Origin: an uncultured Myxococcales bacterium
GTDB taxonomy: Bacteria > Myxococcota > UBA4151
Assembly (NCBI GenBank): GCA_964013405.1
Contig: CAXGWI010000069.1
Span: 1 to 17,197, forward strand
DNA length: 17,197 nt
Direction: 5' to 3'
Position numbers and translations under genes: made by a program. Every line of letters begins with the position of its first letter. Position 1 is the first letter of the stretch. This document shows positions 1-8,157 of this stretch, one piece after another. The notes below the pieces were generated by a model, which did no database searches, was not told where the DNA came from, and saw only the letters and a list, made by a program, of their open reading frames with translations.

Positions 1-26
1 CGGCGGGCGTTCCAACCGAGAACACC

Positions 27-1187
27 ATGCTGTTAACCCTTATCTTTATTTTCCTGACGGCCTTGGTCGGCATCGTACTGCAGCGGCGCCGACGGGACCG
101 CTGTTTGAAGGACTTTGAGGCCTACCGAGTCACCGTTGAGTTTACCGATGGGACCTTGGTCTGGGGACGGCTGTCGGTTTTCCCCCAAGATATCGAACTC
201 TTCTACCCTCAACCCCATGAAGACAAGCGGGGGCATAAGGAATATTCTTACGTCCTTTTTGCCGAGCGCATCGGTGATGTGCAGGCCATCTACCGCTACC
301 ACGACGAGCTGTCGGAGGCCCACCAAGCCGAGCGCCGTCGGGAGATCGAACGAACCTGGCGCCCCTCCCTGGCCCGGCGCACCTGGCGGGGCTTGCGCAA
401 CATGCTCAACACCTTTGGCGACGCCTTTAATCAGTCGGTCGGGGTTTGGTTGAGCGCGGCCAAGAAGGGTGGGGGGCGGATCGTCAGTTCCCAAGACAAG
501 CACTTGGCTCAGATCGGCAAAACGGTTCTTGGGGCCGCGGCGAATGCCTTTGAGCCGGTCCTCGAGCGCTATATTGGTCGCCGGGTGGTGATCGAAGAGC
601 TCCGCGGCGAGGATTGGGTCGAACACATCGGTGTGTTGAAGGAATACACCGCCCAATGGATCGAGCTGCTCGATTGTCGAGACGAGGACGATTTCGAGTT
701 CAGCTTGAAGGAAGTCGACCGCCTCCGGCTCAACCGGGACTTGGATTTTATCGTCAAGACCAGCCCACCGGGCCCGGAGGAAACCCCCACGCCTAACCTG
801 AGTCTGCGGCTGGAGAATCACGGGACTGAAGAGTTGATCGTCAAGCGCTTTGAAGCGCCGGATTATCGCCATGAGATGGGTGCCTTGCTGCCCCCTGGTG
901 GTAGCTTGGAAGAGCTGTTGACCGATCTACCACCGAGCCTGTTTCAGGCGGTGGATCCGGAGCAGTTACCCGACGAGATCGCCCTCAGGGGCACGGAACG
1001 CCTGGGCGATGACGAAGTGGAGATTCGCCCCGATGAGCAACCCGCGTTGCCCGATCTTCGGGTCGTGGTCCAAGGGGTGCGTGAAGTCGACCGGCTCCTG
1101 CCCCGCTCTCGGGCTGTGCTCCGCCATGGGGGCGAGCCAGAAGAGAGTTGGTTCGAGAGCCTGCGTCGCAAAAAGATGGATCCGTAA
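27..1187 (+). CDS. Membrane-anchored hypothetical protein with two putative Sm/LSM-like beta domains
   Basis: 386-aa ORF. An N-terminal hydrophobic helix (MLLTLIFIFLTALVGIVL) is followed by a basic stop-transfer (QRRRRDR). Two segments resemble Sm1 motifs (LKDFEAYRVTVEFTDGTLVWGRL; LERYIGRRVVIEE..EHIGVLKEYTAQWIELLD). The CDS is well supported; the fold call is tentative. Confidence 0.8.
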   Translation: MLLTLIFIFLTALVGIVLQRRRRDRCLKDFEAYRVTVEFTDGTLVWGRLSVFPQDIELFYPQPHEDKRGHKEYSYVLFAERIGDVQAIYRYHDELSEAHQAERRREIERTWRPSLARRTWRGLRNMLNTFGDAFNQSVGVWLSAAKKGGGRIVSSQDKHLAQIGKTVLGAAANAFEPVLERYIGRRVVIEELRGEDWVEHIGVLKEYTAQWIELLDCRDEDDFEFSLKEVDRLRLNRDLDFIVKTSPPGPEETPTPNLSLRLENHGTEELIVKRFEAPDYRHEMGALLPPGGSLEELLTDLPPSLFQAVDPEQLPDEIALRGTERLGDDEVEIRPDEQPALPDLRVVVQGVREVDRLLPRSRAVLRHGGEPEESWFESLRRKKMDP

Positions 1188-1257
1188 GCTAGCTGGTCTT
1201 GCCTTACTACCTCGCTTGGGGCCATGTTTCTCAGACGTTCACCGTGAGGGGGGGACC

Positions 1258-2055
1258 ATGCACGCTCACGTCGTCCTTATTTGCACGCTCGTGACCCTCA
1301 CCGCCTGTGGGCCCGGCGTGAACGATGCTGTCGAGCCAGAGCAGCCTTCGGGCCAAGCAGATCAGGATGGCGATGGCTTGAGCGACGCCCGGGAAGGCGA
1401 ACTTGGTACCGATCCCCAAAATGTCGACAGTGATGGCGACGGTTACTGGGATGGCGATGAAGTCGCAGAGGGTAGCGACCCAACGGACGCAGAGAGCCTG
1501 ATCTATGGAGGCCATTGGCCCTACAATCCCCGGAAGGATCAGATTGCAGATCCAGGCTGGGACAGCACACCGGCTGTGGGTACAACACTGCCTCGCTTCA
1601 AGGCCCTGGACCAGTATGGCGAAGAGGTGGACCTCTACGACTTTGCACTTCAAGGCCGACGCATCGCGCTGGAAGTAGGCACCCGCCATTGCTCTCCTTG
1701 CAAGGGCTTGGCCGAGTTCTACGCCACAGGCGATGCCAGCGTCATGGATGAATACCCCTGGTTTCGGCGTCCTGACTACGAGGATGTCGGGCGGCAAATC
1801 GAGGCGGATGAAATCTATTGGGTCACGGTGCTTTTTACCTCGGGCTCACCCATGGACCCCTTGGACAATGTCTGGTGGCATGAGCAATGGCCCAATCACA
1901 AGATTGCTGTCCTCTTCGACGCAGACCGTCAGTTGAAAGACTATCTTGGCGTGGTCGCCATGCCGCACTTAGCGGTCCTCGACGAGCAGATGCGCCTCGA
2001 AGCCTACAGCACCGGTGGACCCACCGTCGGGTTTCGACACTTGATCGGACAGTAA
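1258..2055 (+). CDS. Lipoprotein with bacterial thrombospondin type-3-like Ca-binding repeats and a C-terminal thioredoxin-like (CxxC) domain
   Basis: Start moved from 1009 to ATG 1258, which follows a GAGGGGGGG RBS and opens a signal peptide with lipobox LTAC. Repeats read DQDGDGLSDAREGELGTDP and DSDGDGYWDGDEVAEGSDP. The redoxin-like part has F..LDQYGEEVDLYDF, HCSPC and a cis-Pro-like AMP. Confidence 0.85.
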   Translation: MHAHVVLICTLVTLTACGPGVNDAVEPEQPSGQADQDGDGLSDAREGELGTDPQNVDSDGDGYWDGDEVAEGSDPTDAESLIYGGHWPYNPRKDQIADPGWDSTPAVGTTLPRFKALDQYGEEVDLYDFALQGRRIALEVGTRHCSPCKGLAEFYATGDASVMDEYPWFRRPDYEDVGRQIEADEIYWVTVLFTSGSPMDPLDNVWWHEQWPNHKIAVLFDADRQLKDYLGVVAMPHLAVLDEQMRLEAYSTGGPTVGFRHLIGQ

Positions 2056-2060
2056 ACACC

Positions 2061-3077
2061 TCAGCGATAGGTGATCACGACCCCAGACATATAGTAGTAG
2101 GGTTCGCCCCCTTCGCCGGACCAGGTGTAGGGTTCTAAGTCGTAACTGATCTGTGCCGTCTCGCCGACCCAGGAGCGACTGATGTCCATGTCCCAGGGAA
2201 AGACTTGGGCGCCCGGGCACCAGCCGGCCCGGTCGTACTGCCAGGTGCCCATCTGCTGCCCATCGGTGCGGGTCCGTTCACAATCGTCCCGCCAGACGCG
2301 CCGGCTAAAGACATCACCGTTGACCGTGTAGCGATGTTCTTTGGCGCAAAACTCCGCACAATTCGCAGGCCCACCGAAACCATGCCCGGTGATGAATGAG
2401 CGTAGCTTGATGCTGTGGGGAACTCCCTCGATGGGCACCGTCACGGGCGCCACTTGGCTGGCAATGGGATTATCGGCTCTGCCTGACTTGTACGAGAGAT
2501 GGGGCCAGATGGGGATGACTTGGTCCGGTTCCGGATCGGGTGGGGCGCCGCCCAAGAACTCGAAGCGAGCATCGAAGAGCCAGCCTTCCCCTTGCTCGTG
2601 ACCCGGTCCGACCCAAGTATCGATATAGACCTCAAGGGTTTGGGTCCCCGTGAGGAGGGGGCGTACATCGGTCAGGTCGGATTGCCACTCGAAGCCCACC
2701 CGGTAGGGGGTGATGAAGCGGTCGATCTCTACCGTGCGGGCCTCGTCCGTACCCGGGTTCTGCACCACGCCGAAGCTGCCGTAACGATCCCAGTGATCAC
2801 AGCGCCGGTTGGGGCAGTGCAGCCGAAAGTAGCCGGTGATCACATTATAGGTCACATCGGGACCGGGGAACTCCACCTCCACTTGAACCTTGCGACGGTT
2901 TTCCCCGCCCCCAAAGTAGATATGCTCGCTGGCAAAGGCGACGATCTCGGTATCGTCGCCCCAGGGGCGCTCTACGGGGCCTGCGTCGGCCCCTACGTCG
3001 CCTGGTGTCTGGGGGCTTGGTGTCGGACAGGCCGCAAGGCAACTGAGCGCGGCGGACACAAGGATCAAACGGGCCAT
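2061..3077 (-). CDS. Peptide-N-glycosidase F (PNGase F)-like lipoprotein
   Basis: AAGGAG RBS and lipobox LAAC. PNGase F-type motifs CDHWDRYG, EIDRFITPY, ITGHG, CAEFC and GTWQYDRAGWCPG are present. Confidence 0.85.
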   Translation of the reverse strand: MARLILVSAALSCLAACPTPSPQTPGDVGADAGPVERPWGDDTEIVAFASEHIYFGGGENRRKVQVEVEFPGPDVTYNVITGYFRLHCPNRRCDHWDRYGSFGVVQNPGTDEARTVEIDRFITPYRVGFEWQSDLTDVRPLLTGTQTLEVYIDTWVGPGHEQGEGWLFDARFEFLGGAPPDPEPDQVIPIWPHLSYKSGRADNPIASQVAPVTVPIEGVPHSIKLRSFITGHGFGGPANCAEFCAKEHRYTVNGDVFSRRVWRDDCERTRTDGQQMGTWQYDRAGWCPGAQVFPWDMDISRSWVGETAQISYDLEPYTWSGEGGEPYYYMSGVVITYR

Positions 3078-3153
3078 GGAAACTCCTTAGCTTCAGTCTG
3101 CATGAGGGGGGGGCGGGGCCGCAAGGCATCGACCTCGGGCTTGGAGTGCTCCA

Positions 3154-4563
3154 TCACTTGAGCTGTTGCCAGTCGTGTTCCCATGAAGCCAACTTTGCCT
3201 TTTGGACTTTACCCATGGCGTTACGCGGCAAGGCCGACAGAAGCAGCCACCGTCGCATCTGTTGGTACGCCGGGAGTTGGGCGGCCACATGCTTCGCGAG
3301 GTCGGACAGCATGAGTCCTGTTTCATCCTGGGGCACCACTGCTGCGGCGACGAGTTCGCCCCACTCCTCATCGGGAAGCCCCACCACCGCAGCCTCCTTG
3401 ACCTGGGGATGGGCGCAGAGAACCTCTTCCAACTGCACGGTTCCAATGCGCCAGCCGCCCGACTTGATCCAATCGATACTGCGACGTCCCCGGTGATAGA
3501 GGTAGCCCTCATCATCTTCCTCCACTTGATCGCCGGTGAGGAACCAACCATCGGTGCTCCAGGCACGCTGCGTTGCGGCAGTATCCTGCCAATAGCCGGC
3601 CATCAGGCACTGCCCCCGAACCTGCAATTCCCCATCCACCAAACGATGCTCCACCCCCGACAAGGGCTTGCCGATGCTGCCCTCTCGCCGTTCTCCAGCG
3701 TAAGGATTAGAGACCGTGATCAAGGTCTCACTCATGCCATAGCGCTCCAGAATCCGCTGGCCCGTGAGCGCTTCAAAAGCAGCCAACCGGTCCGGGCCCA
3801 GGGCAGCAGAACCGGCGGTGCAAAGTCGGGCGGCGCGAAATCCGGCCGCCGCTTCCGGATGTTTCTCCAAGTAGGCAATGAGGCGGTGGTACATGGTCGG
3901 AACGCCCATAAAGATCGTTGCGGAGTGTCTGGTCATCGCCTGGCACAGGGACTCAGCATCAAACCGGGGCAGCAAGGTCGTCTCCACCCCCCGCAGCATG
4001 GCCCCGAGAACTCCAATGCCAAGGCCGTGGACATGAAAGAGGGGGAGGGCCAAAATTTGATGATCGGCTGGCCCCCAGTCCCACAGCGCCGTGAGTGCCC
4101 CGATTCCGGCCAAGAGGGAACGGTGGCTGTGGAGAACGCCCTTTGGCGCAGCCGTGGTCCCCGAGGTGGAAAGAATCCAGGCGGGATCGGAAACCATCGG
4201 TACCGGGGGCCCGGCCCGGTCGTTCTCAACTCCCCAATCCCCTGAATCAAGGATCACCTTCGGTTGGGTCAGCCCCAGCCAATGTTCGAGCCCTGAGCCT
4301 CGAAGACCCGGGGCAATGGGGACATGAATGAAACCACCCCGTAGGTGGGCGAGGATGGCAACAGGCAGGGAAAGGCTCGCTTCCATTCGACTGGCGACCC
4401 GATCCCCGGGGAGCAATCCAGCACCCTGGTGTCCTTCCAACAAGGCCTCGGCTCTTCGGTCCAGTTCCCGCCAGGATAAAACTTGGTCTCCCAAGCGGAA
4501 AGCGACCCGGTCGCCTCCCCCCACCAGTTGCTTCTCGATCTGTTCCAGTAGTGGGCTCGTCAT
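3154..4563 (-). CDS. AMP-dependent acyl-CoA synthetase, MatB/ACSF3 (malonyl-CoA synthetase)-like
   Basis: ANL-superfamily motifs STSGTTAAPKG, LPLFHVHGL, GVPTMY, GSAAL, ERYGMSET, WFLTGD, IKSGG and LPRNAMGKVQK. The likely start is ATG 4563 (MTSPLLEQ). Substrate is not established. Confidence 0.88.
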   Translation of the reverse strand: MTSPLLEQIEKQLVGGGDRVAFRLGDQVLSWRELDRRAEALLEGHQGAGLLPGDRVASRMEASLSLPVAILAHLRGGFIHVPIAPGLRGSGLEHWLGLTQPKVILDSGDWGVENDRAGPPVPMVSDPAWILSTSGTTAAPKGVLHSHRSLLAGIGALTALWDWGPADHQILALPLFHVHGLGIGVLGAMLRGVETTLLPRFDAESLCQAMTRHSATIFMGVPTMYHRLIAYLEKHPEAAAGFRAARLCTAGSAALGPDRLAAFEALTGQRILERYGMSETLITVSNPYAGERREGSIGKPLSGVEHRLVDGELQVRGQCLMAGYWQDTAATQRAWSTDGWFLTGDQVEEDDEGYLYHRGRRSIDWIKSGGWRIGTVQLEEVLCAHPQVKEAAVVGLPDEEWGELVAAAVVPQDETGLMLSDLAKHVAAQLPAYQQMRRWLLLSALPRNAMGKVQKAKLASWEHDWQQLK

Positions 4564-4644
4564 GGGCCGTGCCTGCCACTGGCAGGAGCCCCTGCCAAGG
4601 GAGGAGCTCTTGACGGCACGAGGCACAACGGAGGAGAATGGGCT

Positions 4645-5223
4645 ATGCGCTGGCTTCTTTCATTGGCTCTCCTCAGCATCGGGCTCGATGCCACGGCCCA
4701 TCCGCTGTTGCCGCCGAGCACCTTGCGACCGGCCCAGAAAATCCCCCTGCCAGGGCCGTTGAAGAAGCAGCTCAACTCCATCTTAAAAAAAACCTCCTGG
4801 AAGTTGGTCGGCTATCACCTTTGGGACGAGAGTGAGGGGGAGTACGTCGAAGTTGCGAAACGCCGCGACCACATCGATGAAACGGTCGAGACTTGGCTCT
4901 TTCGCCCCGACGGCACCTTTCGACACATCATGTCTAAAGACCTCTGGTTCACGGGGAAGTGGCGAATCATCGAAGGGATCGCCGTGGGGCCCAAGGGTGG
5001 GGTGGTTGCCGCGCCAGAGCATCCATACTTCGTGATCGAGACCATGAATGTTCGCGGTTCAATTCCCAGCTTAAAGCGGAAGAGGGATTGGTTTATCGGC
5101 ACGTGGTTAGATGGCCGGCGGGGCCTGATTTTGTACTATGTGGGCCAAAAATGGCAGCGGAGTCACCGGAATAGCCTAAAGCAGGCGCACCGTTTCGAGC
5201 CTGTTCGCTATGGCGAGCGCTAA
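4645..5223 (+). CDS. Secreted hypothetical protein, possibly a lipocalin-like beta-barrel
   Basis: GGAGGA RBS at 4630-4635. Signal peptide ends in ATA-H. The pattern 'L..TSWKLVG...ETWLFRPDGTF...FTGKWRI' is typical of lipocalin-like bacterial domains. Confidence 0.7.
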   Translation: MRWLLSLALLSIGLDATAHPLLPPSTLRPAQKIPLPGPLKKQLNSILKKTSWKLVGYHLWDESEGEYVEVAKRRDHIDETVETWLFRPDGTFRHIMSKDLWFTGKWRIIEGIAVGPKGGVVAAPEHPYFVIETMNVRGSIPSLKRKRDWFIGTWLDGRRGLILYYVGQKWQRSHRNSLKQAHRFEPVRYGER

Positions 5224-5290
5224 CGAGCAACACCCCCTAAACTTTTGCTTTTCTGGACCTTTAGAACACTCCTCGTGTACTAAAAGGGCT

Positions 5291-6208
5291 ATGACGCTTA
5301 CCATCGTCATCGTTGTGGTCGTCATCGTCGTCGCAGTGGTCGCGGCCCAGTCGAGGTCTAAGTCCGGCAGCGATTCGGAATTTGCCCCCGATGTCTTTTT
5401 GTCGGCGAAACTCGCCCGGCGAAGGATCGAACAGGTTTGTCGACGCAGTGAGCACGTGCAGACAAGGCACCTTGAACAGCTTAAGGAGGCCCTTGATACG
5501 GGCCTAGAAACCTTCGCCGAGAGCCTGGAAAAGAAACTCCTCTGGATCTCGCTGGTTGCACCTTTCATTCCGTCAAAACAGAAGCAGCTCGAGGAGATGG
5601 TTGGGGCCTTGGTGCTCGAATGTTTCCCCGATGAAGCTCGCTTGTCCTCCGCCCTGCGCCCCACGGAAGAGATCGACATGGAAGTGGAGCGGAAGGTGAT
5701 TGATGCCCTGTCGAAGGCGCAGTCTTTGCTTCGGAGTCAGAATATCCCCACGGCCGGTGTTCCCAGTGCCGATGAACGGACCGTCTCGATCATCGATGAT
5801 GTGGAAGGTGGCGTGACGGCGGTGGGGCTCTATGAGGCCTGTCGCAGTGTCACCGTTGAATCCTGCCTTGAGGTGGCGGGGGTGACCGCTGACGCTCATT
5901 TTCCCGGCGGCATGTCGACCCCGGTCGCAAAGGCCGCGTTTAGTATGATGATGGGCTTAACCTTGGAGCAGGGTCAGGCAGCAGGTGTCACCAGAGAAGC
6001 TGAAAAGGTGCGCCGGGTCTTCTACGACCAACAACCCCTGAACACGCTGAAGACCAATGTCTCGGAGCGCACCCAGGAGCGGGTCGACGGCGTCCACGAG
6101 CAACTGCAAATCGTTGCAGTGCAGGCCCGTATCGCAGCGAGGAATCATTGGATGGCAACCATCGACCGTTGGGAACGGGAAACCCTCAGGAATCTCGATT
6201 CCGTCTGA
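5291..6208 (+). CDS. Hypothetical protein with N-terminal membrane anchor and a predicted alpha-helical body
   Basis: Start placed at ATG 5291 (MTLTIVIVVVVIVVAVVAA), after an AT-rich intergenic stretch. The 305-aa product has amphipathic helical character and no recognised family motif. Confidence 0.72.
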   Translation: MTLTIVIVVVVIVVAVVAAQSRSKSGSDSEFAPDVFLSAKLARRRIEQVCRRSEHVQTRHLEQLKEALDTGLETFAESLEKKLLWISLVAPFIPSKQKQLEEMVGALVLECFPDEARLSSALRPTEEIDMEVERKVIDALSKAQSLLRSQNIPTAGVPSADERTVSIIDDVEGGVTAVGLYEACRSVTVESCLEVAGVTADAHFPGGMSTPVAKAAFSMMMGLTLEQGQAAGVTREAEKVRRVFYDQQPLNTLKTNVSERTQERVDGVHEQLQIVAVQARIAARNHWMATIDRWERETLRNLDSV

Positions 6209-6220
6209 TGTCGCCGCCAC

Positions 6221-7231
6221 CTAACGCTTGAGTAGATAGAGATACTCTCGGTTGCGGGTGTGGGAAACCGTGCCCACTTTCTCCCCAGCCGGGTTGTGAA
6301 TACCGATCTGCGCGCCGACATAACGCCGGAAATCATGCTCGAAGGTCTGCAAATTGCCCCGCGTACTCAGTAGCGATTCCATCTGCTCCCGACCGATAAA
6401 GCCCTCGTCGGAAAAGCTGATCAGGATTTTGGGGGCCTGGACGGCATCGATCAGCGCTTCGAAGGCTGCAAAAGCCCTAGGCCGGGAGTTGTAGGGACTC
6501 TTCCGCTCCCGAACATCAACCCGTTTTCGAGCCACACCGTAGACCTCAGGGTCATCCCAACGGACGAGGGTCTCCCAGAGGTGATAGTTACCCAGGTACT
6601 TATGCTGATTATAGGGGGGATCGAGATAGGCCAGGTCCGCTTCAACCTGCCCGGCCGTTTCCAAGGCATCTCCATGATAGACCCGACCTGGTCCCGCTGC
6701 GGCTTGGGGGAGTAAGGAAGGGAGTCGGAGTTCGATGTCCTTGTGAGCCCGAGGAGCCCACTCCTTCAGATAGGCCATCTGGACACCGGTGGTTGAATCG
6801 ACCCGATCGGCCGCTTCCATGAGGGCCGTGAGCAGAACCGCTTCGAGGATAGGTTCGAGTTGCCAGGCCTGGATCTGATGGCGCATCGCCTCGATACGGG
6901 CGCCGTTTTTGGCTTGGAAGAAGCGGCTTTCAACACAATAGGTCTGGGTGAACTTGCCCGGTGTCCCCGGCAATGCGTTGAGCTCTTCGATCAGTCTTTT
7001 GGCCGGCGCCGCGTGGCGCTCCTCATCGGCCTCCACATAACAACGGGCTAAGGTCGTAGCATAAGCGTTAAGGTCGTTCGCGTGCACCTGATAGCCAGCG
7101 CCTTTCAGGGCATGTCCGACGCGGGCCGTCCCGGAAAACAGGTCGAGCACCGTTGCCACGCCATCTAAGGCATCCACCCGAGCAAGGATGGCTGGCAGGA
7201 GGGTGCGTTTGGAGCCGAGGTACTTGATCAC
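6221..7231 (-). CDS. N6-adenine DNA methyltransferase, D12/Dam-FokI-like class, orphan
   Basis: The start is GTG 7231 (MIKYLGSKRTLL). It has SAM-binding motif I DLFSGTARVG followed later by catalytic motif IV YLDPPY (alpha-group order). The start overlaps the upstream stop (GTGA). Confidence 0.92.
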   Translation of the reverse strand: MIKYLGSKRTLLPAILARVDALDGVATVLDLFSGTARVGHALKGAGYQVHANDLNAYATTLARCYVEADEERHAAPAKRLIEELNALPGTPGKFTQTYCVESRFFQAKNGARIEAMRHQIQAWQLEPILEAVLLTALMEAADRVDSTTGVQMAYLKEWAPRAHKDIELRLPSLLPQAAAGPGRVYHGDALETAGQVEADLAYLDPPYNQHKYLGNYHLWETLVRWDDPEVYGVARKRVDVRERKSPYNSRPRAFAAFEALIDAVQAPKILISFSDEGFIGREQMESLLSTRGNLQTFEHDFRRYVGAQIGIHNPAGEKVGTVSHTRNREYLYLLKR

Positions 7232-8154
7232 GAATTGTGTGCCTGACGGTACAGCCAGACCTGGATGCCCAGGCTCGCGAGGATCATTGGGGTCGCAATC
7301 CAACAAATCGGTGTGGGGGCAAGAAGGGAGGCGCCTACGAAGAAGCCGTGCCAGATGAGCGTTGCCGCAAGGAGGGGGCGATCCGCGGGTCCTTCGGGCA
7401 CCGGACGGGCTCGGAGGACCATCACGAAGCCAGCGATCAAGAAGAGGATCAGGATCAAACCATCGCCTAAGCCGAGGAAGCGAAATGCGTGATAGGGGAG
7501 AAAGAGCACAAAACCACCCACCAAGGTCAGTAGGGCCGTGATGCCAACCCACAGAGCCATCGATACGCCGCCAGGACGGCGCCGAGCGTCTGCCCACCGG
7601 ATGAGTACGGCGATGAGACCATGGAACAGGAACATCCAAAGTGTGGAGCTGTAGGGCACGCCGAGCCACCGACTCATGGTGGTCAAATGGGGCTTCCAGG
7701 CCCACCATGGCATGGTCGGGCCGACGAGGTCGTAGGGCGTGTACATGATGACGGCGAGGAGGCCGACGGCAACCCCTTCCAGGGCCAAAGGCAGTTGAAA
7801 GCGTTCGCCCATCTGCTGGGCCACGTAGACCACCACTTGATAGACCATACAAATGTAGAGGGGGAGCCGGTGATGATACAACATCACCGAGAACTGTTCG
7901 TGGGCGAAGTTGTCGACCGTGTTGTAGACGATCAACTCTAGGATCGTGCCGTAGACGAGAATGCACAGCCAGGCGAACATGGGCCGGGTGCGTCCCTGGC
8001 GCCAATGATGGAACCAATGGAGGCAGGTGAGCAACCAAGCGGCGCAAACAGCGCCTTCAAGAAGGCCAATATGCAGGGGGAGATCGGCCGGAGGATTGAA
8101 GTCGACCCAGGGAAGACTGCGGTCGATCTCAGGCATGCGCAGCATATCTTCCAC
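7228..8154 (-). CDS. Polytopic membrane protein, DUF7802-like (distantly CruF/carotenoid hydratase-like)
   Basis: 308 aa with about 8 hydrophobic segments. Motifs G..LE, DNFAH, RLPLYI..VY and PYDLVGP...WWAW......RWLGVPYSS recall the DUF7802 family and the two GVP-type motifs of CruF. Family call is from memory. The start could also be ATG 8145 or 8136. Confidence 0.7.
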   Translation of the reverse strand: MEDMLRMPEIDRSLPWVDFNPPADLPLHIGLLEGAVCAAWLLTCLHWFHHWRQGRTRPMFAWLCILVYGTILELIVYNTVDNFAHEQFSVMLYHHRLPLYICMVYQVVVYVAQQMGERFQLPLALEGVAVGLLAVIMYTPYDLVGPTMPWWAWKPHLTTMSRWLGVPYSSTLWMFLFHGLIAVLIRWADARRRPGGVSMALWVGITALLTLVGGFVLFLPYHAFRFLGLGDGLILILFLIAGFVMVLRARPVPEGPADRPLLAATLIWHGFFVGASLLAPTPICWIATPMILASLGIQVWLYRQAHNS

Positions 8155-8157
8155 GAC

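Noticed and set aside
1009..1257. Upstream extensions of ORF-track calls (also 4564-4626, 5210-5290, 10642-10713, 15615-15776)
   Set aside because: They overlap neighbouring genes or intergenic signals. Downstream starts give proper RBS, signal peptides or family N-termini.
3202..4245. Long antisense ORFs (33-872, 3202-4245, 8005-8937, 9592-10347, 13365-14885)
   Set aside because: They lie opposite well-supported genes. Such stop-poor antisense frames are expected in high-GC coding DNA, and they carry no recognisable motifs.
5291..7231. Possible restriction-modification pair (MTase plus convergent ORF)
   Set aside because: The convergent ORF has an N-terminal TM anchor and no visible PD-(D/E)xK, HNH or GIY-YIG motif.
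7232..8047. 608-aa ORF suggesting a large N-terminal extension or fusion on the methyltransferase
   Set aside because: The extension is Arg/Pro-rich off-frame read-through overlapping the membrane-protein gene. MTase homology starts at GTG 7231 (IKYLGSK).
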